Below, in pieces: positions 16,860 through 26,474 of a stretch of 47,548 bases of DNA. The position numbers and the translations under genes are program-made. Within the stretch, counting starts at the first letter, position 1. Each line of letters begins with the position of its first letter. Source of the stretch: a virus (taxonomy: Duplodnaviria; Caudoviricetes); IMG/VR virus record IMGVR_UViG_3300037790_000016, positions 1 to 47,548 of that record; one strand, written 5' to 3'. The notes below the pieces were generated by a model. The model made no database searches. It saw only the letters and a list, made by a program, of their open reading frames with translations, and had not been told where the DNA came from.

Positions 16860-17810
16860 TATCAAGTTAAAACAACAAACAACAAAAAAGGAGTTAGAGA
16901 TGGATAGATTAATAATGTATAACAGAAATGATAATTGGGGGCAAGCCAAAAATCTAATGTTTTATTATAGTGAGGTAAGGCAATGCAAATAGAAGTAAGA
17001 AAGAGTGAAGCGAAAGTGGAGAGGGAGTATCCATATATAGGAGAAACGAAAGACCCATTCAAACACGTATTATTTTTCTCTAAAAATAATGGCGTTGTAA
17101 TTAAATCAGATGACGAAGACTTAAACCCTATTGGGTATATCCCTGAGAGTGGCTGGAGGGAAATATGTTTCACCCCCATAGCTAAAGTAACGAAACTAAT
17201 AATAGAAACGGAGTAAACAATGAACATTAATATAGAAGTAGTTAATCTTAAACTTAAAGAGGTGTGAGGGTGCGAAAAGGAACATTATATATAGTGTATG
17301 ATATTAGATATGTAGATAATCCTGATGATGCAATGGCTTTGATAGTTTGTAATTCGTTAAAAGAAGCCAAAAGAGAAGCTCCCAGTTATGGTGGAACTTA
17401 TGTGATAGTTAAATCAGATTATATCGGTGAAGAAATTATTAACAGTGAAACAATAAAAGTGGTATCATAATGCGTAAAGTAATAGAAATAGAAGGAATGG
17501 GAATAGACCTGAATTATCATTTCGATAGTAATGACAATGTAGTGATAAAGTACGTGAATGATTTTTGGGATAGTGGTGGGTTTTTGGAAGAAAATATAGA
17601 ACATAGTAGCTTGGAGGTTTATCCTGAATCTTATATAAATGGGTTAAGTGATGACGACAAGATTACTTACTTCTACCAACTATCACACCGTGAACAATGC
17701 GAAATAATCAAAGAAATGATTGAAGATAAGATAGATGAGTATAAAGAGGAACTATACCCAACTCAAGACGATTACGAGTTTAATATGGAAATTAATGCGG
17801 GGGTTTAGTT

Positions 17811-18164
17811 ATGAATAGAGAAATAAAGTTTAGAGCTTGGAACGGTTCTAAAATGAGGTACAAAGTTAATATTGACGATGGCAAATGTGTAAGATATGGT
17901 TACCAATGGTTTAATAAACAAAATGATGTTTATAGTGCAGAACCTATGCAATACACTGGAGTAAGAGATAAAAATGGTGTGGATATTTATGAGGGGGATA
18001 TTATTAAAACCGATATAGGGACTGCGTTTGAAAGCGTAATGGTTGTAGAGTACTGCGAAACAATAGCAAGTGATGATATGGGTACAGATACAGTAGGTTT
18101 CAGAGTAAGTGAATATGATGAAGTAATAGGCAATATATACGAAAACCCTGAATTATTAACATAG
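17811..18164 (+). CDS. yopX: YopX-family protein
   Basis: MNREIKFRAW, MQYTGVRDKNGVDIYEGDI, EVIGNIYENPELL. Confidence 0.9.
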   Translation: MNREIKFRAWNGSKMRYKVNIDDGKCVRYGYQWFNKQNDVYSAEPMQYTGVRDKNGVDIYEGDIIKTDIGTAFESVMVVEYCETIASDDMGTDTVGFRVSEYDEVIGNIYENPELLT

Positions 18165-18174
18165 GAGCAAACAA

Positions 18175-18342
18175 ATGAAAAACATACCTAAGAAAATATA
18201 TCTGAATTTAGGATTAGATAGTGAATTAGATTTAGAGCAAGTAAAAGACTTTAACGAGCTAAGGGAAGTTACTTGGTGTGAAGATAGACAAAGTGAGTCA
18301 GATATTGAGTATCAAATAGTGGAGCAAGCAAATGAGAAATAA
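18175..18342 (+). CDS. 55-aa phage protein (not in the ORF track)
   Basis: AGGAG RBS; MKNIPKKIYLNLG...EVTWCEDRQSESDIEY. Confidence 0.65.
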   Translation: MKNIPKKIYLNLGLDSELDLEQVKDFNELREVTWCEDRQSESDIEYQIVEQANEK

Positions 18343-20309
18343 AGAACACTACTGTCAGGAATGTTTAAGCTATAGCAAAGAGGAACTAACTCAACAGGGT
18401 TGGTTGTGTGATGAGTGCAATGAGGGAATTCAAATACAAATGAAAAAAGCTATGGAAGATGCAATTGCACTAGAAAATGAAATATACAATCATAACATGA
18501 AAATAATTAATAGCTTAACAGACAATATTGATGATTATGAAATAGGTTTATTGGATGATGGTTGTGTTGATGTAACTGGTAAAATAGAATGGGTAGAAGA
18601 GCCGAAACACATTAAATCACAACAGAACGCAGAGAAATATGGAGTCTTTACTTTAAAGTATGTTGATCAATGGTCTACAGGGTGGGAAGGAGATTCATTT
18701 AGTGGGTATATGTATGTCGGAGTAGAAAACCATAAAAAATATTTAAAAATACCATACAGTTGTTAGGAGCAAACAAATGAAAGTGATTAAAGAACAATAC
18801 GAGGTTACAAAATGAGTAGAGAATTGCTACAATTAGAATTAAGATGTGAAAAGCACCCTTACACAAAGTTGAAATTAAATTATAAAGATAGTAAAATAGG
18901 TGCGGATTCAGCTTATAAAATGAATGTAGAAGTTATAGTAACACCTTGCATTGAATGTCAAAAACAGTTATGGGATTTGCAACAAGCAATCTATACTTTT
19001 ACTAAAACTTCAAAAGAATTTAAAAAGATAGAGAAGGTAAAATGAGCAAATTGAAACACTACAAAGGAAAAGACTGGGAAGTTAAGGTTAAGTATGATGA
19101 GGAAATAAAGGGTTTAATATTCCTAAGCAACGCTACTAAAATACCTTGTATATCGGACTGTCCACGGATTAATGACTTAATAGACACAGTTATTAATGGG
19201 GAATATGGTAAATATGGTGGTGGCGTAGTTTTCATGGGGGTTGACAAATATAATGAGTTAATCAATTACCTCGACAACCTAACAGCACCTAAGATAATAA
19301 ACGAACACACTTTTGATAATCCTAATTTCAAAATAAGGATTTGGGAAACTGAAGACAGAATAGGTGGAGAGACTTTATGGGTTCGTGAGGGGTTTAGGTA
19401 TTATAGGGGCGGAGGTTCTGTAATAATAGAAAATGGATATAAAACTAATTTCTTTAATTCGTTTGATAACCATGTGTATCCAAACTTTGGCACTAGTGTT
19501 AACTTAGCAGAAATTTATAAAATCGAAATAAACTACACCTACAAAGACCTATACAAAGCCCTTGAAAGAGCAGAGCAGGAGACAACAGCACCAACTAAAA
19601 AGCAATTATTCGCTGGTGAATTGAATGAGTTGTTAGATAAATATTTTGGTGGGTCTAATCAAACTAAGGGGGACTAAGTGAAAACTGAAAGAGCAATAGA
19701 GGTAATAAAGCAATACATAGACTTCCGTAATGGTGCTTTAAAGATGCCTGACAATGTAGAATTAGACAAGGCGCTTAGTAAAGCGGTGGAGTTGATGGAG
19801 AATGCTAATAAAATAACACCGTTCAAATGTAGCGAAACAAAAGAGCCGTTATTTATTGGTGACTATGTAGAAGATAATGAAAAGCGTTGTGGAACTCTTC
19901 AGTTTGATACTTATATCAATGGTTACGTAATTAAGACTAAAGACGGTGGCAATATTAAAGCTAAACACTTCACAAAGATTAAAGAGTTATATAATTATAG
20001 CATTGTGAATGCAAATGTAGAATGTAGAAGTAATAATAAGAGGAAATGGTAATGACTGATTACACTTCAGAAGATATGAAAAAGATACATAGCAATTACA
20101 TAGAAAATAAGAAATTTCAATGGACTGGTAAAACTTATGAAGATTATCTTGACTATTTAGAATTAATGGGAATAGGTGTTGAGTATGCAGATAGAAGTTA
20201 CGATGATGATACAAACATAATAGCACTTAGTAACACACTTTGCGGTCAAGGGTTGGTAACTATAAAGCCAAATCAATACTTATGTTTTAATGAAAAGAAT
20301 GAGCAATGG

Positions 20310-20595
20310 GCAATAGAGGTAACCAATGACTAAAATACAGCACTACAAATTGAACAAGTGGAATCCATTAACTTATTTATGGCTTTTAGCATCTTCAATA
20401 ATGGTTATTCCGTCTACTGTATATAAACATATAAAAGGTTACTTACCTTACTTCAAAGAGCGTACTGTAACTTCACCCAGCAGAGGGTATGTAATAACTG
20501 GTATAGTTGTAAAATGCGAAAGCCCTAAAAAGCCTAAGAAAAAGGTAAAAAGGCAATTAAGAGAAAGAAAGCAATAGAGGTAACCAATGACTAAA
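20310..20595 (+). repeat. 25-bp direct repeat GCAATAGAGGTAACCAATGACTAAA flanking ORF 20326..20577
   Basis: Exact copies at 20310-20334 and 20571-20595. Confidence 0.9.
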
Positions 20596-21602
20596 GAAGT
20601 AGAAGAGATATTGGAGATGCTATACGATAGACAGGCAAATTATGACAAACAAGGTTCAGCTATGCCGTTGGGTATGACAAGGGAATACACAAGAATAAAA
20701 ATGATTGAAGTTAGACAAATAATCAAAGAGATAGAGAATGAACATAGACAAGATAGTTAAAGAGAAAAATATCAAAGTTACAAGATTAAAACCTAATGAA
20801 TATATAAAGACTTTGGATATTACTGTAGCATCAAACTTTTTAGCTACTTCTACTTATAAAAAACCACAAATTGAGCAAAACAGTAAGGAGAATTGAGTAA
20901 AATGGATACAATAGCAATGATAGTTGGTTATATAGTGATGGGAATATCTACACCGATAGTTATAACTTTAGCATACTATTACATATTAGACTGGATGAAG
21001 ATAAACAACATATTTAAGGGTCTCAGGTACTTTCATTGGTTTATCGTTTATAGAAAAAGCTTTGTTAGGTATTACAAGAGTGAGTTAGAAAGGAAACATG
21101 GGGAAATTCAGTAAAGAAAGCAGCGAAAAACTTAACCGTCCGACATTATCGTACACTTGAAACCGTGAAGATTTGACACGCTTTGAAAATTATGAAAATT
21201 ATGAAAAATTTAGTATATTACAATTACGCATAAGTATTTGAGGGGTATTAACAACCGAACTAACAAAGGATAGAATATGAGTAAAGAGGAATTAAAACGA
21301 TTAGCAATAGAATGTAATAATAAACAATTAGAAATGGCAGAGCCAGCTATAACATACATACTACCTGAAGTTAAAAAGGGGAAAGAGCCAAGCGTGTTGC
21401 AAAGAATTACATATTGGATTAAATACACATTTTTACCAGTATCATTAATATTGTGCTTTTTAGGTATTGGTACTTTTGCTATATTCAGTTCGGATAATGA
21501 TTTCTACAAAGGTGTTTTAATTATGATGTATAGTTATGCTGGGTTAAGATTTATGTTAGAAAGATAATTAGCTACTCACAATAACGAAAATATGAGCGAC
21601 AA

Positions 21603-21881
21603 ATGAAAAGAAACACAAACAATTCAGTAATAAGCAGAATAATGAATAGAATAGACCCTGTAAGTATGGCACAAACAAGCACAAAGATGCACATAGCTTG
21701 TTTAATAGACGATGCTATGAAAGAGCAAAGCATAACTAAAGAAATGTTTGCAGAAGACTTTAAAACCGATGTTGAAACTGTTGAGTATTGGTTAAGTGGC
21801 ACTTACAATTTTACAGTTGATAATTTAGTTAGCTTTGGGTTGTACTTCGGTTTGGATTTAGTAACAATGTATAAGGATTAG
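21603..21881 (+). CDS. XRE-family HTH regulator
   Basis: IA.LI.DAMKE..IT...FA......V..WLSG.YNFTV..L. Confidence 0.75.
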   Translation: MKRNTNNSVISRIMNRIDPVSMAQTSTKMHIACLIDDAMKEQSITKEMFAEDFKTDVETVEYWLSGTYNFTVDNLVSFGLYFGLDLVTMYKD

Positions 21882-22813
21882 ATATGAAAGAGAAAAGCAA
21901 AGTGTTAGAAGATATAAAAAAAGCACAAAGTTTATTAAGGGGAAAAGCTTTTTATAATGAGATGGAGGAATACAGTTTCAACTTTACTGAAAAGGGTGGT
22001 GTTAGATATGTATCCACCGAAGATTTAACGAATGCATTAATAACAGCAAGGCAATCAGAAGATATTGGTTCAGAGTTGGGCACAATACTAATAATGCTAA
22101 ATACATAAGGAATAGATATGAATATAGATACAAAAGAATTTATAACACCAAGTGTAACTGAAGCTAAAGAACATATTCAGAACACACCTAACCCTATTGA
22201 ATATAGTGAAACTTATGATGCTAATGGTGAGGTAACATTCACAACTCCCTTAGAAGTTAAAAATGAATATGGATATTCTCAATATCAAGAATGTGAATAC
22301 AAAGGTAAAGATGCACTTGAACTCATGTTATGTCTTCGCAAAACAAGAATGGAAAAAGCGAAAAAAGAATATGACAATTTGAACACAATAGTTAAAATTA
22401 TTGAAAAGCAACTGAAGGAATACAAATGAATATAGAACAATTACAAATGGATAAGAAAGCAGTTGAGAATAGGTTTAATGAAGTTATAGAAGCTGAACTA
22501 ATGGCATTTGTTAATAAATACAAGGGTATTAACGTGAGTGTCTATTTTAATTACGAAATAAAAGAAAATATGGACGGAATTAAATACCTAAATGGTAAAA
22601 CTAAAATTAAGGTGGAATTGTGAAAGAGCAAAATATACCAATATTTACAAAGACAACTGAAATAACTAACTTAGGTTGGGTAAATAAAAAGCCAAATGCA
22701 GAGTATTTATTCTATTTCCATCATTACTCATACAGTTCAAAACGGCTTACAGAAAAACTCATAGATTTCCAAGCGACTTACAGAACAGCTTATCCAACAA
22801 ACAACGAGACTAA

Positions 22814-23155
22814 ATGAGAAAACTAATAAGCTCAAAGCTAAAAAAACACACTCCAAATATTAACAAATACAAAAGAGATACGATACTAAGTAATAAAAAC
22901 TACCGTATAAGCTCTTTATTTGAATTTTTACAAGATAGTCAATACAAACTATACATAGACGGTAAAAAATGCAATAGCGTTGATGATATACGTAAAATAA
23001 TAGCATTACAGCAATTTAATACATACGAATTTAGCAAGTCGTTTCACCTGAGTCAATATTACAACTTTGTAAGCAAAGGGAAAGACCTTGAAATAATGAC
23101 ACTTGAGAAGTGGTTAGATTATTTTGGAATAGATAGTAAATTAATTGAGGAATAG
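22814..23155 (+). CDS. Hypothetical protein with a possible C-terminal HTH
   Basis: SQYYNFVSKGKDL...TLEKWLDYFGI. Confidence 0.5.
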   Translation: MRKLISSKLKKHTPNINKYKRDTILSNKNYRISSLFEFLQDSQYKLYIDGKKCNSVDDIRKIIALQQFNTYEFSKSFHLSQYYNFVSKGKDLEIMTLEKWLDYFGIDSKLIEE

Positions 23156-23436
23156 AAATGAAAGAGAATATTGAGATAGAGTTAGAGGTAGAAACTGAGA
23201 AGGTTAATGGTATAGAGTCTTTAACTGGTGCTATTAATTTACACGTAGACACCACACCAGAGAATATACTATCTGAAGATATTTTGTTTAGAGTTACAGA
23301 TATTAAAAAAGACGGTTCTAAGTTTAAGGTAAAACTATCGAAAGCACAACATATAGTTACAGCTACCCATTATATGAAAGACAATTCAGTATATCAATTA
23401 GTAGTTAAGGGTGGTAAGGTGGTGATTAAGTAGCAG

Positions 23437-23468
23437 TTTGGAAAAGTCGTAAATTTTACGTATGTTAG
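23437..23468 (+). promoter_or_regulatory. Motif TTTGGAAAAGTC-N12-TATGTTAG, copy 2 (upstream of portal)
   Basis: Same core and spacing as 10210 and 26170. Confidence 0.7.
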
Positions 23469-23495
23469 TGTAATTATTTTAATTAGGGATAAAAT

Positions 23496-24668
23496 ATGTT
23501 TAGCGTTTTACGTAAAAAGAATTTACCAATCAGTAGCGGTATATTAACTACCAATTACACACAAAGAGCATACCAAACCGACCCAGTCCAGACGGTATTT
23601 GCAATAATCCAGAAAAAAGCACAATTTTTGTCGATGCTTAATGAGTCAGTAACCTTAGACGGTGACCCAGTTGAGAATTACTTAACAGATATAATGGAAA
23701 GTCCTAACAGCTCAACAACTTGGCAACAATTAGAGTACGCTCATTATTGGTGGCAATTTACAAGCGGTAATACTTACATATTCACTCCGAAAGATAATAA
23801 CGGTGTCCCATTAGAATACTGGGTGTTACCTTCTCCAAACGTTACTATAAATGCTAATAGTGAAAGAGTAGTAGATTATACTTATAGACAAAACGCTAAT
23901 CAAATAACAATCCCAGCTGATGAGATAATACATATTAAAAAGTCGCACCCGTCAACTAACTTCGATAAGAATTACTTATACGGTACACCTATTGAGTTAG
24001 AGAAGAGTTTAGACCTTATGAATTTAGAAGTATCGGCACTTGACTTCGTACAATCGTTTTTAGATAGTGACGGTGTCAGTCCATATATCCTAAGTGCAAC
24101 TGAACAGATACCACCAGAGGTTTTAAAGAAATCAAAAGCAGGGTTTAACTCGTCAATACCTAACAGTAAATACCACGTACAAGCTATGGTGGACAAGGGG
24201 TTAAAAGTCGAGCCTTTAGCTAAAAGTAGCCAAGCTGATGGACTTGCGGTTAAACAATCCGAAGCGGTGGTAAAAGCAATATGTACTATTTGGGGAACGC
24301 CTGAGAATATACTGACCTTAGACTTTAATGGTAAAGCATTAATTGAAGGAGCTTTAGAGAATTGGTATCAGAGTACACTCAAACCAGACAAAATGAACTT
24401 TGAACAAGCTATTAATAACCAACTATCTCAATACGATAGAGCCGTTTATAAGATAGAAGACTACAAAGTTAATGATACTGAGGAAATAAGAAAACAAGAG
24501 CTTCACGATTTTAGTTTAGGATTAGCTACTATAAATGAGCTAAGAGCAAAAAGAGGATTAGAACCGTTAGATAATGGAGATACTCCTATGTTATCTGGTA
24601 GCTTTTACCCATTAGATGACTTGTTATACATAGACGGTGGCGAAAAAAAAAAGACCTTAGAAGCGTAG
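23496..24668 (+). CDS. Portal protein (HK97 family)
   Basis: PN...T..Q, GNTY, IPADEIIHIK, YGTP, IC..WG.P, TINELR...GL.PL..GD. Confidence 0.9.
   Translation: MFSVLRKKNLPISSGILTTNYTQRAYQTDPVQTVFAIIQKKAQFLSMLNESVTLDGDPVENYLTDIMESPNSSTTWQQLEYAHYWWQFTSGNTYIFTPKDNNGVPLEYWVLPSPNVTINANSERVVDYTYRQNANQITIPADEIIHIKKSHPSTNFDKNYLYGTPIELEKSLDLMNLEVSALDFVQSFLDSDGVSPYILSATEQIPPEVLKKSKAGFNSSIPNSKYHVQAMVDKGLKVEPLAKSSQADGLAVKQSEAVVKAICTIWGTPENILTLDFNGKALIEGALENWYQSTLKPDKMNFEQAINNQLSQYDRAVYKIEDYKVNDTEEIRKQELHDFSLGLATINELRAKRGLEPLDNGDTPMLSGSFYPLDDLLYIDGGEKKKTLEA
24643..24653 (+). promoter_or_regulatory. A10G run containing the slippery heptamer A_AAA_AAG (portal to gp7, -1 frameshift)
   Basis: The -1 frame is open from 24620 and runs continuously into the 24770..25405 ORF. 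Confidence 0.65.
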
Positions 24669-25405
24669 TAAGGACTGCATATTGGAAAAAGAACCAACGC
24701 CGTTTAATACCCTTTGAACGTAAACTATTCAGAGCTGTAAGAGATGTATTCAAAGATATTGAAGAGGAAGTGTTAGATAATATAGATAATGAGATTAATA
24801 AGAACCTAACTACTCTATTTAATGTATCCAGAGCTATAAAAGCAATAATCAAAAAGACCACACCAATTTTACAGACCTTAACAGTTAGCTCAACTAAAGA
24901 GAGCTTAGAAGTAATAGAAACTGGTTACGTTGCTGAGAGTTGGTTTGAACGAAACGCTCGAATAAGTAGAGAATATAGCGAACGAATATCAGAGTCTATC
25001 AATACCTTAGATAAAGACTTGAAAGAGGATGTTAGACGCTCTTTAGCTCGAAATGCTACTCGAGATAGAAACGAACAATTAGAACAACTACTAAAAGATA
25101 CTTCAAACAAATTCGATAGTTACTACACTAAGGAAAGAGCTAATATGATAGCTCGTACAAATACAAACGCTGTAGATAACAATGTAAAGCGAGATACTTG
25201 GACTCAAGAGGGTGTAACTGAGTTAGAATGGGTAACAGAGGGAGACGATAGGGTAAGAGATAGTCACGAAGCTATGGACGGAAAGAGAATATCTGTCAGT
25301 GGGTCTTTTGATGTTAATGGAGATAGTATGCAGTTCCCAGCTGGTGGCTCTGTAGCTGGTGAAAATGTCAACTGTAGATGTACTATGCTACCTATTAAGA
25401 GATAA
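24650..25405 (+). CDS. Minor head protein, SPP1 gp7/MuF-like; probably expressed as a frameshift extension of portal (ORF track start 24770)
   Basis: RANMIART, EWVTEGDDRVRDSHEAMDG, FP, NCRC motifs. Confidence 0.85.
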   Translation, partial: KDLRSVVRTAYWKKNQRRLIPFERKLFRAVRDVFKDIEEEVLDNIDNEINKNLTTLFNVSRAIKAIIKKTTPILQTLTVSSTKESLEVIETGYVAESWFERNARISREYSERISESINTLDKDLKEDVRRSLARNATRDRNEQLEQLLKDTSNKFDSYYTKERANMIARTNTNAVDNNVKRDTWTQEGVTELEWVTEGDDRVRDSHEAMDGKRISVSGSFDVNGDSMQFPAGGSVAGENVNCRCTMLPIKR

Positions 25406-25436
25406 AAAAAGCCCCTTAGAATTAACTAAAGAGCTT
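25404..25436 (-). terminator. Intrinsic terminator for the minus-strand moron
   Basis: Minus-strand GCUCUUUAG/CUAAGGGGC stem followed by U7. Confidence 0.75.
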
Positions 25437-25470
25437 GTCGAGGGAATACGGAGATAATTAGTTTTGTTTG

Positions 25471-25728
25471 CTATAGAAATTCGGTTTTATTTTCCCTTTG
25501 AACAAAATTCCCAGAAAACGACACTTCGCCAGTTACAGGAGTTTTCTCAGCATCAGCATTTTCTAATACACTAATAGCATCATTAAGTTCGCCTATTATA
25601 TCTAAAATTGCATCAGTATCAGGGCAGGGTGAGTTATCTTTGCAATTTCTTGCGACAAAACTCATTTTAATAAAATCTTCTTTAGTTTTAGCTCTTTGTT
25701 CTTTTAGTTGTTCAATTATTCTATTCAT
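25471..25728 (-). CDS. Moron hypothetical protein
   Basis: Leader AAATCGGAGTTGAAATG shared with the neighbouring gene. Confidence 0.7.
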   Translation of the reverse strand: MNRIIEQLKEQRAKTKEDFIKMSFVARNCKDNSPCPDTDAILDIIGELNDAISVLENADAEKTPVTGEVSFSGNFVQRENKTEFL

Positions 25729-25745
25729 TTCAACTCCGATTTAAC

Positions 25746-26000
25746 TTATATTGGTTTTTTTATTCCATTGTGCTTAATACTAGCTTTAGCTACAAAATCT
25801 GTATCTCGAATTGGTCTTACTGTTTCCCTTTCAACATTTTTCGCCCTTAAATAATCAACAACTTCAAATATAGTGTCTTTACTATCATCACGTTCTACCA
25901 ATTTAAGTACATAGTCTAATATATGGTAACTCCTATATAGACTTTCGTGATTATTATCTATAACGGTTGGTCTTTCCTTAATACTTGCTAACTTTCCCAT
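25746..26000 (-). CDS. Moron hypothetical protein
   Basis: Same 17-nt leader; own promoter upstream. Confidence 0.7.
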   Translation of the reverse strand: MGKLASIKERPTVIDNNHESLYRSYHILDYVLKLVERDDSKDTIFEVVDYLRAKNVERETVRPIRDTDFVAKASIKHNGIKKPI

Positions 26001-26083
26001 TTCAACTCCGATTTTAATAAATGTAAGAGAGTAGCTCGTTCCTCTTCAATGTTCTTACCACTCCCTTACGAACGACAGTAATA

Positions 26084-26114
26084 CAAATATAACAAACTAT
26101 TTTAATATATCAAA
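26084..26114 (-). promoter_or_regulatory. FCB-type promoter for the moron
   Basis: Minus-strand TTTG-N19-TATATTTG, perfect consensus. Confidence 0.75.
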
Positions 26115-26169
26115 ATATTTATTTCATTTTGTAACTATTATTATTACTGAATGTAGTTTAAACCTCCGA

Positions 26170-26201
26170 TTTGGAAAAGTCTATTTTTTTTCGTATGTTA
26201 G
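26170..26201 (+). promoter_or_regulatory. Motif TTTGGAAAAGTC-N12-TATGTTAG, copy 3 (upstream of the capsid operon)
   Basis: Same core and spacing as 10210 and 23437. Confidence 0.7.
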
Positions 26202-26205
26202 TAGT

Positions 26206-26376
26206 ATGATTGAAAGTTACAACAACAAAAACCATACGAATAAAATCATATCTAATAAAGAGATTAAGCACGTTAGGAATAAGGTTAGGGACTTTATAAA
26301 CAAATATCCTAACGAGCGTTTAATAAGTGAGTTATACAAAGTCTGCATAGCTTACGGAATGGAAAAAATAAAATAG
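26206..26376 (+). CDS. 56-aa basic protein, possibly leaderless (not in the ORF track)
   Basis: MIESYNNKNHTNKIISNKEIKHVRNKVRDFINKYPNERLISELYKVCIAYGMEKIK; ATG 4 nt after the -7 box. Confidence 0.5.
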   Translation: MIESYNNKNHTNKIISNKEIKHVRNKVRDFINKYPNERLISELYKVCIAYGMEKIK

Positions 26377-26420
26377 CATAGCTTAACAGCACAGCTAAAA
26401 AGCAAAGTAAACGAATTTAC

Positions 26421-26459
26421 AAAGCAATCACTCCAATATTTGGGGCGGTTGCTTTTTTT
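26421..26459 (+). terminator. Intrinsic terminator directly before the prohead protease gene
   Basis: AAAGCAATC-A-CTCCAA / TTGGGG-C-GGTTGCTTT stem with a T-tract. Confidence 0.7.
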
Positions 26460-26474
26460 ATTTTAGGGGATAAA

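Larger units (their letters stand above)
16900..23433 (+). other. Array of ~25 small co-oriented accessory ORFs between terL and portal
   Basis: ORFs at 16983, 17264, 17470, 17811, 18175, 18332, 18812, 19042, 19678, 20046, 20326, 20587, 20738, 20893, 21277, 21603, 21884, 22118, 22426, 22620, 22814, 23158; most have an SD and abut their neighbours. Confidence 0.85.

Noticed and set aside
21098-21210. Short ORF MGKFSKESSEKL... and TGAAAATTA repeats
   Set aside because: Probably a gene remnant or junction; too short to assign, and a promoter match is not convincing.
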